This document shows positions 1 through 9,564 of a stretch of DNA of 64,000 bases, in pieces; position 1 is the first letter of the stretch, and each line of letters starts with the position of its first letter. The notes below the pieces were generated by a model. It was not told the origin of the DNA. It made no database searches and saw only the letters and a program-made list of their open reading frames with translations. The stretch is taken from assembly GCA_963837465.1 (NCBI GenBank), contig CAWINB010000004.1, forward strand, positions 586,853-650,852, given 5' to 3'. The position numbers and the translations under genes were made by a program. The stretch is from Candidatus Doudnabacteria bacterium. GTDB taxonomy: Bacteria > Patescibacteriota > Doudnabacteria > UBA920.

Positions 1-987
1 CTGGTGGAAAAACCCTTTGGCTTTAATCTGGAATCCGCCAAAACCCTAAACCAACTGTTGCTGAAATATTTTGACGAAGAGCAAATTTACCGCATAGACC
101 ATTACGCCGGCAAAGAAACCGTGCAGAATTTAATGGTGGTGCGTTTTGCCAACAGTTTGTTTGAACCGTTGTGGAATAACCGTTTTATTGACCACATAGA
201 AATCAGCGTGCTGGAACAAGACAAAGTCGGCGGCCGGGTGGGCTACTATGACCAGACAGGCGCCATTAAGGATTTTTTGCAAAACCATATTCTGCAAATG
301 CTGGCTTTAATCTGCATGGATGAACCTTATAATCTAACCGCTGATTTTATCCGCGACGAAAAAATGCAGGTACTAAAAGCCCTGGAAGTTCTTACTCCGG
401 AAAAGCTGCCTCTGAGGCTGGTTAAGGGGCAATATGACGGTTATTCAAAAGAGACCAAAGGCCCCAGTTCAACGGAAACTTATTTTGCCTTAAAGATGTA
501 TGTTAATTTGCCGCGCTGGCAGGGTGTGCCGTTTTACGTGCGTACCGGAAAACGTTTAAGCAAAAAATTGACCCAAATTTCCGTGCATTTTCGCGAACCC
601 ATCCGCTGTTTGTTTATGGGCTGCGCGGCCAACGTGCTGACATTCCAAATTCAGCCGGACGAGAGCGTCCACTTGCTCATCAACAATAAAATTCCCGGGT
701 TTGGCATTAATTTGCACCAGGCTGATTTGGACTTTAATTATAAATCCGCTTTCAAAGGGGAGATTCCCGGAGCTTACGAACGTTTGCTGCTGGATTTTTT
801 GGAAGGCGACCAACGGCTGTATATCCGCAGCGACGAAATTGAGGCGGCCTGGAAATTCGTGGATTCCATTTGTGAAAATCCGGCTTTTAAAACCCTGCCG
901 ATCTGTAATTACAAACCCGGCAGCAATGGCCCCAAAGAAGCCGAGGAGTTTATGAACAAGGATTTAAAGGAGTGGTGGACGAAATAA
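1..987 (+). CDS. zwf: Glucose-6-phosphate 1-dehydrogenase (5' truncated by window edge)
   Basis: EKPFG, RIDHYAGKE active-site peptide, GYYD..GAIKDFLQNH, RWQGVPFYVRTGK and AYERLL motifs. Confidence 0.97.
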   Translation: MVEKPFGFNLESAKTLNQLLLKYFDEEQIYRIDHYAGKETVQNLMVVRFANSLFEPLWNNRFIDHIEISVLEQDKVGGRVGYYDQTGAIKDFLQNHILQMLALICMDEPYNLTADFIRDEKMQVLKALEVLTPEKLPLRLVKGQYDGYSKETKGPSSTETYFALKMYVNLPRWQGVPFYVRTGKRLSKKLTQISVHFREPIRCLFMGCAANVLTFQIQPDESVHLLINNKIPGFGINLHQADLDFNYKSAFKGEIPGAYERLLLDFLEGDQRLYIRSDEIEAAWKFVDSICENPAFKTLPICNYKPGSNGPKEAEEFMNKDLKEWWTK

Positions 988-1029
988 TCGGGCAAAATTA
1001 AACAAAATTCATCATAATTGACAAAATTT

Positions 1030-1944
1030 ATGAAACAAATTGCTGTTTTCGGCCTGGGTCGAATGGGCGGCCAGATTGCCCGGAGGTTGCAAAAACATAA
1101 TTTTGAAGTTCTTGGCTGGAACAGGTCCGCCGAACATCGCGATGAAGCCGCTAAAAGCGGAATAAAGACTTTTGCGGACATTAGCCGGTTGGTTGGCGAA
1201 ATGTCGGAAACTCCCAGGGTTTTTTGGCTGATGCTGCCGCATGAAATTACGCGTGATTTTATTTTTGGCGCCCAGGGACTTAAACTCTATTTAAAACCCG
1301 GCGATATTGTCATAGACGGCGGCAACAGTTTTTACAAAGATTCGCAAAAAAACGCGGCAGCGCTTAAAGCCAACGGTATAATTTTTTACGATTGCGGGGT
1401 CAGCGGCGGTATTTGGGGTTTTGACAACGGTTTTGCCCTAATGGCCGGCGGCCCAAAAGAGCAGTGGCCGCCGGTTGAGCCGGTTTTTAAAGCTTTGTCC
1501 TCCGGTGAAAATTACGGCCTGGTGGGGGAAAATGGCGCCGGACATTTTGTGAAAATGATCCACAACGGCATTGAATACGGCATGATGGAAGCCATTGGCG
1601 AAGGCTACGGTGTACTCAAAGCCAGCGCCTTTAATCTGGATTTAAAGCAAGTTACCAAAATTTACCGGACCGGCACAGTGATTAAATCCTGGCTTATGGA
1701 TTTAACCGGAAATATTTTTGAAAAAGAAAACATCGAGCAAACCAAAGGCGAAATCGCGGCCAGCGGCGAAGGCGAATGGACGGTAAACGCGGCCAAAGAA
1801 CTTGGCATAGATGTTCGGGTAATAGAAGACGCTTTGAAAGTCCGGCAAGAATCGCAGGACCCAAAAAACCAGCAAAAATTTTCCAACAAAATCGTGGCTT
1901 TATTGAGAAAACAGTTTGGGGGACATGATGTCAGTAAAAAATAA
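1030..1944 (+). CDS. gnd: 6-phosphogluconate dehydrogenase, decarboxylating (short-chain type)
   Basis: GLGRMG Rossmann motif, IDGGNS, VSGG, GHFVKMIHNGIEYG, C-terminal RKQFGGH; directly after zwf. Confidence 0.95.
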   Translation: MKQIAVFGLGRMGGQIARRLQKHNFEVLGWNRSAEHRDEAAKSGIKTFADISRLVGEMSETPRVFWLMLPHEITRDFIFGAQGLKLYLKPGDIVIDGGNSFYKDSQKNAAALKANGIIFYDCGVSGGIWGFDNGFALMAGGPKEQWPPVEPVFKALSSGENYGLVGENGAGHFVKMIHNGIEYGMMEAIGEGYGVLKASAFNLDLKQVTKIYRTGTVIKSWLMDLTGNIFEKENIEQTKGEIAASGEGEWTVNAAKELGIDVRVIEDALKVRQESQDPKNQQKFSNKIVALLRKQFGGHDVSKK

Positions 1945-1965
1945 CCCTCTTTAGTGTCTGGGGTT

Positions 1966-1990
1966 AGTGTCAAGGGTCACCCTTGACACT
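1966..1990. repeat. 25-bp REP-like palindrome, copy 1 (AGTGTCAAGGGTCACCCTTGACACT)
   Basis: Perfect inverted repeat between convergent gnd and bshA; near-identical copies at 8071, 27146 and 50825. Confidence 0.9.
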
Positions 1991-2003
1991 ACTGAAAAGT
2001 TTT

Positions 2004-3167
2004 TTAGTGGCGGCTAAAAAACAGGCCGCGGCATCCCCGCATAATTTTTTTGTAGTAGTTAAGGTAGTGGTTTACTATTACGCCGCCGGAAAAACCCGAG
2101 GCGGCCCGCAGGGCCGCCGCTTGGCCGAGTTGTTTTATCTGTTCCGGGTTTCCCGACAATTCAATAAGTTTTTTGGCAAACCCGCTTATATCGCCTACTT
2201 TGAACAAAAATCCGGTTTTGCCGTTTTGAGTAAATTCGGGGATGCCGCCAACATTGGTGGCCAGCACCGGCTTGCCGTAACTCATAGTCTCCAAAACTCC
2301 CATGCCGAAACTTTCTTCCTCCGAAGTGTAAACGCCAAGATCCGCCGCCGAAATATAATTTTCAATATCCAGGACGTTCTGTTTGACCACAACTTTATTT
2401 TCAATGCCAAGCCGGGCAATTAATTTTTGGTAAGGCGAAAAATCACCGCCCGCCAAAATCAGCAGTTTAATTTTAGGATGGTTTTTGGTTTTGGCTATTA
2501 TTTTCAGCAAATCGGAAATTCTTTTTACAGGACGCAAGTTGGAAAGATGGATGGCCAGGAAGTCAGTATCCTTAATCCTTAACCCTTTACGGACCACGGA
2601 AGCCGAACGTGAGGGCTTTTTGGGGTTATAGAAATTGTGGATGACTTCAATGGGTGTTTTGATATTAAGCACGGACAGGGTTTCTTTTTTCAGGCTGCGG
2701 GAAACCGCTGTCACCCCGCAGGAAAATTCTATGGAATATTTTATGACCGGCATCAGATTTTTGTCCCGTCCGAGCAAAGTAATATCGGTGCCGTGGAGGG
2801 TGGTAATTAAATGGGGGAAGCGGATTTTTTCCTTGTTGGCAATGTCCTTGGCCAAAAGTCCGGCCGTGGCGTGCGGCACGGCGTAATGCGCGTGCATAAT
2901 GTCCAGGCTGTATTTTTGCCCGACTTCCACCATTTTTACGGATAGCGGCAAAGTGTAGTCGGGGTACTTAAACAGGGAGTATTCGTTGAGCGAAACTTTA
3001 TGGAAAAAAATGTTTTTCCTTTTTAAGTCCAGACGGAACGGGGGTTCGTAGCTGATAAAATGCACCTGATGCCCCAAAGACGCCAGCTCATTGCCCAGCT
3101 GGCTGGCCACAATTCCGCTGCCGCCCACGCTGGGATAGCAGACAATTCCGATTTTTAGGTTTTTCAT
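2004..3167 (-). CDS. bshA: N-acetyl-alpha-D-glucosaminyl L-malate synthase (bacillithiol glycosyltransferase)
   Basis: KIGIVCYPSVGGSGIVA, HAHYAVPHA, TTLHGTDIT and ESFG GT4 motifs typical of BshA; ATG at 3167 preferred. Confidence 0.9.
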   Translation of the reverse strand: MKNLKIGIVCYPSVGGSGIVASQLGNELASLGHQVHFISYEPPFRLDLKRKNIFFHKVSLNEYSLFKYPDYTLPLSVKMVEVGQKYSLDIMHAHYAVPHATAGLLAKDIANKEKIRFPHLITTLHGTDITLLGRDKNLMPVIKYSIEFSCGVTAVSRSLKKETLSVLNIKTPIEVIHNFYNPKKPSRSASVVRKGLRIKDTDFLAIHLSNLRPVKRISDLLKIIAKTKNHPKIKLLILAGGDFSPYQKLIARLGIENKVVVKQNVLDIENYISAADLGVYTSEEESFGMGVLETMSYGKPVLATNVGGIPEFTQNGKTGFLFKVGDISGFAKKLIELSGNPEQIKQLGQAAALRAASGFSGGVIVNHYLNYYKKIMRGCRGLFFSRH

Positions 3168-3262
3168 AGTATTATTGATTGGTGGCAATCCCGCTGCGTC
3201 ATTCCGAGGGCAAGCGCGTCCGCGGCCCGGGGAATGCCTTAAAGCCGGAACGAGACTTTGTT

Positions 3263-4030
3263 TTATCCCAACCACGCGTATTCCGCCCGGTCAATTTTTT
3301 CCCGGTCAACAAATTTTACATCCGGAAAATCTCCGGGTTTTAAATATCCTTTTTCGCCTTCGCCGTAAATGTAATGGGTGGCGTGAATCACGGACTGCAT
3401 CCAGACAAACCTTTGGTCGCGCGCGGGGTTCTTCCGCCATTTTTCCACGGCTTGTTCCGGAAGGGTGATATACTTGCCGCCGCCTTCGTGCAGCTTGAGC
3501 TTGTTTTCCAGTAACCGCGCCCTGACAAGCTCGTTTTGATATTCTACATCGGCAAAGTAGTCTTTATCAAGGTCTGCGGCCTGCTCCCTGAAACTTTTGT
3601 CGCCGGAACGCGCGATTTCAACGCCATCGAGCAATCCCATCTTTTGGCACATTTCCAGGCAAAAATCCGCCACGGTTTTGGCATTGACCGACATAAACAA
3701 ATCAATCGCATCTTGGCCGGTAAACCGCGGCAGCTGTTTTTTGATTTCTTCCTTCCAGCCGCCCGGAATTTTTTTGGCGTAAAGCGGCGAGAATTTTTTT
3801 TGCAGTTTATTTTCCTGGATAAAATTCAAGCGGACTTCCGCGCCGGTCCGCCTGTCCGTCATAACGGTAATGGTCTCGCGGTAATCGGCATCGCTGTCAT
3901 GGTAAAAAAAGATGATTTTTCCGCCAATCTCATCGCGCAATTTTTTTGCAGTATTAATCTTGGCGACCAAAAATCGCTTGGGAAAAAACCCGCACGGCTG
4001 CTGGCCGAAACAAATAACAGGGCTGTTCAT
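3263..4030 (-). CDS. Short BshC-like protein (N-terminal Rossmann-like part of the bacillithiol cysteine-adding enzyme)
   Basis: GQQ motif, K..TAKKL, FFYHDSD, YIYGEGEKGY (cf. BshC GQQ / FW..EDHD / YxxGPGExxY); upstream of bshA on the same strand. Confidence 0.6.
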   Translation of the reverse strand: MNSPVICFGQQPCGFFPKRFLVAKINTAKKLRDEIGGKIIFFYHDSDADYRETITVMTDRRTGAEVRLNFIQENKLQKKFSPLYAKKIPGGWKEEIKKQLPRFTGQDAIDLFMSVNAKTVADFCLEMCQKMGLLDGVEIARSGDKSFREQAADLDKDYFADVEYQNELVRARLLENKLKLHEGGGKYITLPEQAVEKWRKNPARDQRFVWMQSVIHATHYIYGEGEKGYLKPGDFPDVKFVDREKIDRAEYAWLG

Positions 4031-4181
4031 ATAAGCATTTTAGCATTTAAACATCCCAATATCAAAATATGCTATAATCTGGATATGGCATTAAGTTTTA
4101 GAAATAAAAGCATAAACCCCGTAAAAGTTACTTTTTAAAACAGGTTTTGGTAATTTTCCGGGGTAAAAGGAAAAATAAATT

Positions 4182-4613
4182 ATGGAAATTTTCAACGGGG
4201 TAAAAAAGTTTCTTTTCGCGGTCAGTTTGGGCGCGGGACTTTTGTTCGGGGCTTCGGCTTTGGCAGCGGCGCTGGCCCCCGGCTCTGTGTCAGGCGGACC
4301 AGTTATGCCCGGTTCCTGGCCCGCTGGCACAAGTATGCCGGCACAACAGGCCCAGGCTGGCGGCAGCGCTAAAATGGTTACGCCTTGCGTGATGACGCGC
4401 GCCGGCCAGGGCTCCGGAGTCTACAACACTGCAATGCCGTGCGGCAATAATGTAATCTACAGGTCGCTTGTGTCGCCCGGCTACGGTGTGGGCAGACCAA
4501 TGGTCACCTGGTTTGCTTTATTGTTTGTTATAACCCTAATAATGGTTTGGGTCATCTTACTTTTGCTTATAGGGATTTTGTGGCACATGCTCAAAAAGCA
4601 CCGCCGATCATAA
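4182..4613 (+). CDS. Hypothetical membrane protein (signal peptide plus C-terminal TM helix)
   Basis: ORF with N-terminal signal-like segment and hydrophobic C-terminus. Confidence 0.7.
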   Translation: MEIFNGVKKFLFAVSLGAGLLFGASALAAALAPGSVSGGPVMPGSWPAGTSMPAQQAQAGGSAKMVTPCVMTRAGQGSGVYNTAMPCGNNVIYRSLVSPGYGVGRPMVTWFALLFVITLIMVWVILLLLIGILWHMLKKHRRS

Positions 4614-4839
4614 AACTTCCGCCTTTTATTGGCTGTAAATATTAAAATCAAGGCTTAAAACCCACAGGCTTGGCCGATTACGTCGTTATTTTTTTGCGCC
4701 GTTTGCCATCGCCGGTAAAACAAGCCTGCCGAACATCCTCAAAAAATTCCCGTACCCGGCCAAGCGCCGAACTCCCGTCATTGTTAAACCCGCCGCTTGC
4801 TTACGCGGAGGGTTTTTAAATTGATGATATAATAAATCC

Positions 4840-5400
4840 ATGGAGCAAAAATTAAATTACAACGTCCGCCAAAGTTCCCGCGCCAGAAGGATGAGGATTT
4901 CCGTGGGACATGATATGAAAGTTACCGTAATTTTGCCGTTGGGGTTTTCTGCCGATGCCGCGGGGCGATTTGTTGACCGCAAAGCCAGGTGGATTAAAAA
5001 GAGTCTGGATTATTTTTCCTCCCCGGGACGGAAGCGCTTTCAAGGCCGACCGGTTTTAAAATCGCCGCGGCGCGAATATCTCAACAATAAAGAGGCGGCT
5101 TTAAAGTTGGCGAAGGCCAAGGTTTTAACCTGGAATGAGCTTTATAATTTTTCCCACAGCCGCGTCGCTATAAGGAACCAAAAAACCCGCTGGGGCAGTT
5201 GCAGTAAAAAAGGTAATTTGAATTTTAACTATAAAATTATCCGCCTGCCGGAAAATTTACTGGATTATTTGGTTGTCCACGAACTTTGTCATTTAAAAGA
5301 ACTGAATCATTCCAAAAATTTTTGGTCTTTGGTCGCGATAGCTGTTCCCGATTATAAATCCCGCCGTTCACAGCTGCGGCAGTTTAGTCCGGTATCTTAA
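4840..5400 (+). CDS. YgjP/DUF45 (M48/SprT-like) zinc metallohydrolase
   Basis: RWGSCS and VVHELCHL..NHSKNFW motifs. Confidence 0.9.
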   Translation: MEQKLNYNVRQSSRARRMRISVGHDMKVTVILPLGFSADAAGRFVDRKARWIKKSLDYFSSPGRKRFQGRPVLKSPRREYLNNKEAALKLAKAKVLTWNELYNFSHSRVAIRNQKTRWGSCSKKGNLNFNYKIIRLPENLLDYLVVHELCHLKELNHSKNFWSLVAIAVPDYKSRRSQLRQFSPVS

Positions 5401-5401
5401 T

Positions 5402-5709
5402 ATGGAGACTTTAAGGGAAAAAGCAATTGAATTTATAAAAAAAGTGCCGCGGGGCAAAGTTGTCAGCTACAGCCAGGTAGCCGCGGCCTGCGGCAGCCCG
5501 CGCGCTCCCAGGCAAGTGGGGGGATTTTGCGCGGGCTTGGCGCTTTGGACGGCCAGATCCCGTGGTGGCGCGTGGTCAATAACAGCGGTATAATCAGCAT
5601 AAAGGGCAACTGGACGGCTACAAAGGAACTACAAAAACAGTTGCTGGTTAAAGATGGGGTGGAAGTCGGTGACGACTTTACAATTAATATGGAAAAATAC
5701 AGATATTAA
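5402..5709 (+). pseudogene. Alkyltransferase-like (ATL/YbaZ, MGMT family) protein split by a 1-nt frameshift
   Basis: VPRGKVVSYSQVA..RQVG in one frame and IPWWRVVN in another; break at G-run 5518-5523; may be a sequencing error. Confidence 0.8.
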
Positions 5710-5783
5710 CTGAAATAATGAAATAAACAGAAATAAGGAAATATTTCCTTTATTTCAATCTATTTCTTGCGAAAGAATATTTT

Positions 5784-6308
5784 ATGGAAATTGAAACAGC
5801 GGTATTTGGTGGAGGATGCTTTTGGTGCACCGAAGCCGTCTTTCAAAATTTAAAAGGTGTATCGTCCGTGCTTCCGGGGTACGCCGGCGGCAGCGCTCCC
5901 GACCCGACTTACGAGCAGATTTGCGGCGGCGATACCGGACACGCGGAAGTCAGCAAAATAGAATTTAATCCGCGAATAATTAAGTTTACGGATTTATTAA
6001 ACGTTTTTTTCGCCACGCACGATCCCACAACTTTAAACCGGCAGGGGAATGACGTGGGCGACCAGTACCGCAGCGTGATTTTTTACACATCGCCGGAGCA
6101 GAAATTACAGGCCGCACAATTTATAAGCGAGGCCCAAAAAGAATTTGACTCGCCCATAGTCACCCAAGTCCAGCCCCTGGATAAATTTTATGTTGCCGAA
6201 AATTACCACCAAAATTATTTTAAAAACAACCCCGGCAACCCCTATTGCCAAATGGTCATAGGCCCCAAACTCCAAAAATTCCGCGAAAAGTTCGCGGACT
6301 TGATTTAG
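5784..6308 (+). CDS. msrA: Peptide-methionine (S)-S-oxide reductase
   Basis: GGGCFWCTE, GHAEV, HDPTTLNRQGND, AENYHQNY. Confidence 0.97.
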   Translation: MEIETAVFGGGCFWCTEAVFQNLKGVSSVLPGYAGGSAPDPTYEQICGGDTGHAEVSKIEFNPRIIKFTDLLNVFFATHDPTTLNRQGNDVGDQYRSVIFYTSPEQKLQAAQFISEAQKEFDSPIVTQVQPLDKFYVAENYHQNYFKNNPGNPYCQMVIGPKLQKFREKFADLI

Positions 6309-6361
6309 AACCTGTTTGAAAAATAAATCGCGGCCCGGAGTATTTTTAAAATAGGTTTTAA
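6306..6361. repeat. Short MITE-like element with AGAACCTRTTT...AAAYAGGTTYT ends
   Basis: Imperfect terminal inverted repeat overlapping the msrA TAG; same ends at 23872, 41972 and 52545. Confidence 0.6.
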
Positions 6362-6434
6362 GTAACCCTGTCAAAATCAGCTAAACCGGGCGCCCGCTTC
6401 TTGAGGAGCCGATTTTTTGCTATAGTAGCCCTAT

Positions 6435-6836
6435 ATGAATTATTTTAACAGCCATAAAGTCAGGGTTTTTTTGCAATGGCTGGTTTTGGCTTTGCTGGTA
6501 GCGGTCGTGGCCATAACTTTGTACCAGACAGTAAATAATTTTGAAACTCTGCGTTTGAGGGGCAATATCCAGCCGCGCCGCCGCCATAACCAGGCACGGT
6601 TGGCAGCCAATCCGGACCAGATCCAGGGCTGGATGACTTTTCGCTACATAAATCTGGTTTTCCGCCTGCCGCCGGATTATTTAAAAACCCAGCTAATCAT
6701 CAGCGACACCCGTTATCCTAATTTATTGCTTGGCAGCGCGGCCAAAGAGCAAAAGATTAGCTCGGCCCAAATAATCGCCAAAACTATCGCCGCGGTAAAA
6801 AATTACCTTAGCGCCCCGCCAAAACCTCCCGCGTAA
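6435..6836 (+). CDS. Hypothetical membrane-anchored protein
   Basis: N-terminal TM helix, IQGWMTFRYI motif; precedes the DedA gene. Confidence 0.7.
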   Translation: MNYFNSHKVRVFLQWLVLALLVAVVAITLYQTVNNFETLRLRGNIQPRRRHNQARLAANPDQIQGWMTFRYINLVFRLPPDYLKTQLIISDTRYPNLLLGSAAKEQKISSAQIIAKTIAAVKNYLSAPPKPPA

Positions 6837-6854
6837 TCTAAGAGTCTGTTTAGC

Positions 6855-7448
6855 ATGAACCACATCCTTCAAACATTGCTGGCGTATGTTTTGCTTTACA
6901 AATACCCCAGCATTTTTATTATCACTTTTTTGGGCGCTTTCGCCCTGCCGCTTCCTTCCGGCAGCGTGCTTATGGCCGCCGCGGCGTTTTCACTGCAGGG
7001 GTATATGAATTTTTACCTGGTGCTGTTTACCGGAATTTTGGGCAATATGGCCGGCGACAGCAGCGGTTACTGGCTGGTGCGGCTTTATGGCATCAGGATT
7101 ATGGACAAGCTCGGCCTGGGAAAATTTTTTAAACAAGAAAGGCTGGATGCCGCGCGTGAGCAAATAGACAAACACCCCATTCCGGCTATTTATTTGAGCC
7201 GGTTTATGACAGCTATAGCGCCGGCCGTCAACGTTATTTCCGGCCTGACAAAATTGCCCTATAAAAGATTTTTGCTGTTCGAAGGTTTGGGCGAAGTCAC
7301 CGAATGTTCCGTCTTTTGCGGCATTGGCTGGATTTTTGGCGCCAACTGGCAGTATGTGGATCAGTTTTCCGGCCGCCTGTGGATTTTGGCCGTGGCAGGG
7401 GCGCTGGTATCCATTTTGTTTTGGAGGTTGATATTAAAGGGGAAATAA
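6855..7448 (+). CDS. DedA family membrane protein
   Basis: LPLPS..VLMAA, GDSSGYWL, SRF motif, multiple TM helices. Confidence 0.9.
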   Translation: MNHILQTLLAYVLLYKYPSIFIITFLGAFALPLPSGSVLMAAAAFSLQGYMNFYLVLFTGILGNMAGDSSGYWLVRLYGIRIMDKLGLGKFFKQERLDAAREQIDKHPIPAIYLSRFMTAIAPAVNVISGLTKLPYKRFLLFEGLGEVTECSVFCGIGWIFGANWQYVDQFSGRLWILAVAGALVSILFWRLILKGK

Positions 7449-7466
7449 TTCATAGCGGTCCCATTT

Positions 7467-8072
7467 ATGACTCAATTCCAACCCGGAATCCATTTATCCG
7501 AAGCCGATCCCGTTCTGGCTAAAATTATTTCTCAAATTGAACTGGCGCCTCGAAAACCCCACAAGCGTTATTTTGAAGCGCTCACCGTGGCGATTATCAA
7601 CCAGCAGCTTTCCACCAAAGCCGCGGCCGCCATAGTAAAAAAATTCGTCGCGATTTTTTCCGGAGTCAAATTTCCCACTCCCGATCAAGTCCTAAAAAAG
7701 CGTGACGCTTCCTTGCGCAAAGCCGGGCTGTCGTTCCAAAAAATCGGCTACATAAAAAGTCTGGCCAAATTAATTCGGGAGAGGAAAATAGACTTTAAAA
7801 AATTTGGAAAAATGGATGATGAACAAATCGTCCAGACCTTAATTTTAGTCAAAGGCATAGGCCGCTGGACAGCCGAAATGTTTTTAATGTCCGCTTTGGG
7901 CAGACCCGATGTCTTTAGCCACGGCGATTTGGGCCTGAAAAACGCCATTAAAAAATGGTACAAACTGGACATGAAACTCCATCCCAAAAAATATCACCGC
8001 CTGGTGGAAAGCTGGAGCCCGCACCGCACCTTAGCGGCAAGATACCTGTGGGCGAGCCTTAAAATCAAGTAG
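7467..8072 (+). CDS. DNA-3-methyladenine glycosylase II (AlkA/HhH-GPD family)
   Basis: IINQQLS, HhH VKGIGRWTAEM, DLG, WSPHRT. Confidence 0.9.
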   Translation: MTQFQPGIHLSEADPVLAKIISQIELAPRKPHKRYFEALTVAIINQQLSTKAAAAIVKKFVAIFSGVKFPTPDQVLKKRDASLRKAGLSFQKIGYIKSLAKLIRERKIDFKKFGKMDDEQIVQTLILVKGIGRWTAEMFLMSALGRPDVFSHGDLGLKNAIKKWYKLDMKLHPKKYHRLVESWSPHRTLAARYLWASLKIK

Positions 8073-8095
8073 TGTCAAGGGTGACCCTTGACACT
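8071..8095. repeat. 25-bp REP-like palindrome, copy 2
   Basis: AGTGTCAAGGGTGACCCTTGACACT overlapping the AlkA TAG stop. Confidence 0.9.
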
Positions 8096-8165
8096 CGGCC
8101 TCACCACTTAAGAGTAAGAACAAAATTTAAAACAAACTGATTTTACGCACAAGAAAAAAAGTTTA

Positions 8166-8393
8166 ATAGGTCTGCTGGGGTGGTACGGGGTCGCGGCTAC
8201 CGTAGGCGCTTATATTTTTGTCAGCTTTTCGCTGATTTCCTCCACAAGCTGGCTGTATCAAATTTTAAATTTTACTGGCGCTTTGGGCATTACTGTAGAA
8301 ACCTATTACAAAAAAGATTACCAGCCGTTTTGGCTGAACTTAATTTGGATGATAATTGCTTTTGTGGCAATTTTGAGCATAATCTTTCGCTAA
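8166..8393 (+). CDS. Small 3-TM membrane protein (CBU_0592-like); start codon unclear
   Basis: Frame absent from the ORF track: IGLLGWYGVAATVGAYIFVSFSLISSTSWLYQILNFTGALGITVETYYKKDYQPFWLNLIWMIIAFVAILSIIFR*. Confidence 0.65.
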   Translation: MGLLGWYGVAATVGAYIFVSFSLISSTSWLYQILNFTGALGITVETYYKKDYQPFWLNLIWMIIAFVAILSIIFR

Positions 8394-8433
8394 AAAATCC
8401 CCCTGAAGGCAGCCTTCAAGGGGATTTTATTTT
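8394..8433. terminator. Bidirectional intrinsic terminator
   Basis: AAAATCCC-CTGAAGG...CCTTCAA-GGGATTTT hairpin with A/T tails between convergent genes. Confidence 0.7.
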
Positions 8434-8457
8434 GATGCTGTAATAGCGTAAGGAATC

Positions 8458-8865
8458 TTATTCTTGTTTGCTCATCAGCAAACACGCGCCGTTTACGCAA
8501 AAGCGTTTTCCGGTGGTTTGCACAGGGCCGTCGTCAAATACGTGGCCCAAATGAGAGCCGCATTTACTACAGACTACTTCCGCGCGGGTCATGCCGTATT
8601 CGTCGTCTTTGTGAAAATCCACGGCTCCAGCAATGGCCTGGTCAAAGCTCGGCCAGCCGGTGCCGCTGTCAAATTTGGCATCGGACTTAAACAGTTCCTG
8701 GCCGCAAACGGCGCAGGCGAACATTTTTCCCTTTTCGTGGACATCCAAAAGCGGACTGCTAAAGGGCGCTTCCGTGCCTTTTTCCCGCAGTATTTTGTAT
8801 TGCCCGGGCGTGAGTTTTTTCTTTAATTCTTCTTCGTTAACCTGCATTTTTGTATCATCGGACAT
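8458..8865 (-). CDS. msrB: Peptide-methionine (R)-S-oxide reductase
   Basis: GTEAPF, CAVC, KFDSGTGWPSF, CSKCGSHLGHVFDDGP, RFCVN. Confidence 0.97.
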   Translation of the reverse strand: MSDDTKMQVNEEELKKKLTPGQYKILREKGTEAPFSSPLLDVHEKGKMFACAVCGQELFKSDAKFDSGTGWPSFDQAIAGAVDFHKDDEYGMTRAEVVCSKCGSHLGHVFDDGPVQTTGKRFCVNGACLLMSKQE

Positions 8866-9034
8866 AAAAATTTCTCCTTTCAATATAAGTATAGCAGGAA
8901 CAAAATTGATGTCAAGTATACTTTACATTGGGTTTATCCTACCATAGGCATCTTAGATAATTCTTGATTCCGGATCCCGGATATTTTTTCGGATGCGCTC
9001 AAAAATTCCTGGATGGATACGCCACGATGCCAGG

Positions 9035-9556
9035 TTATTGCGGTATTAACTGATGCGCAAATCCGGCAAAAAATATTAACAGGCCCGCTATTCCCAAAAA
9101 CATCAGCAAAGTATCGGTCGGACTGCCGACCTTAAAGCGTAAGGCTTGGGGCAAAAGCGCGAAGCTTTTGGTCGTAAAAGGATACAAATATCCGACCTTG
9201 GCGTTAAAGCCGTCAATTAACGGGTGGCTAAAGTAGGCAGCGGCAAAGACGTAGGGCAGCAGGGGAATATATGAGTAAAAAATTGCCAGCAGAATAAAAA
9301 AGAAAATTAACGTCACCAAAATAGAGTGCATTAAGCCGCGGTGGTGAAAGTATTTGCCGTAAAATGCGCCTTTAAAAATACCCAAAAGCCCGCCGGCCGC
9401 GTAATGGATTTTGGCTCGGCTGGCGTCTATGTCCGGCAGCAGGCTGGCGACTACGGCAACCGGCAACAGCGCTAAAATTGACTGGTCAACTTTGCCAAAA
9501 AAACCGGCCAGCCAAATGGCATTGGCTCCAACCGCAGCGTGAGTTCTCCATGTCAT
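9035..9556 (-). CDS. YdjM-like metal-dependent inner-membrane hydrolase
   Basis: MTWRTH, LLPDID, HRGLMHS, SHPLID. Confidence 0.88.
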   Translation of the reverse strand: MTWRTHAAVGANAIWLAGFFGKVDQSILALLPVAVVASLLPDIDASRAKIHYAAGGLLGIFKGAFYGKYFHHRGLMHSILVTLIFFFILLAIFYSYIPLLPYVFAAAYFSHPLIDGFNAKVGYLYPFTTKSFALLPQALRFKVGSPTDTLLMFLGIAGLLIFFAGFAHQLIPQ

Positions 9557-9564
9557 AAAATTTT

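Noticed and set aside
3168-3275. N-terminal extension of BshA in the ORF track
   Set aside because: The extension translates a palindromic intergenic remnant; family similarity starts at the ATG at 3167
4615-4820. Intergenic inverted repeats (GCTTGGCCG/CGGCCAAGC) as an ncRNA
   Set aside because: Only short pairings, with no recognisable motif or promoter support
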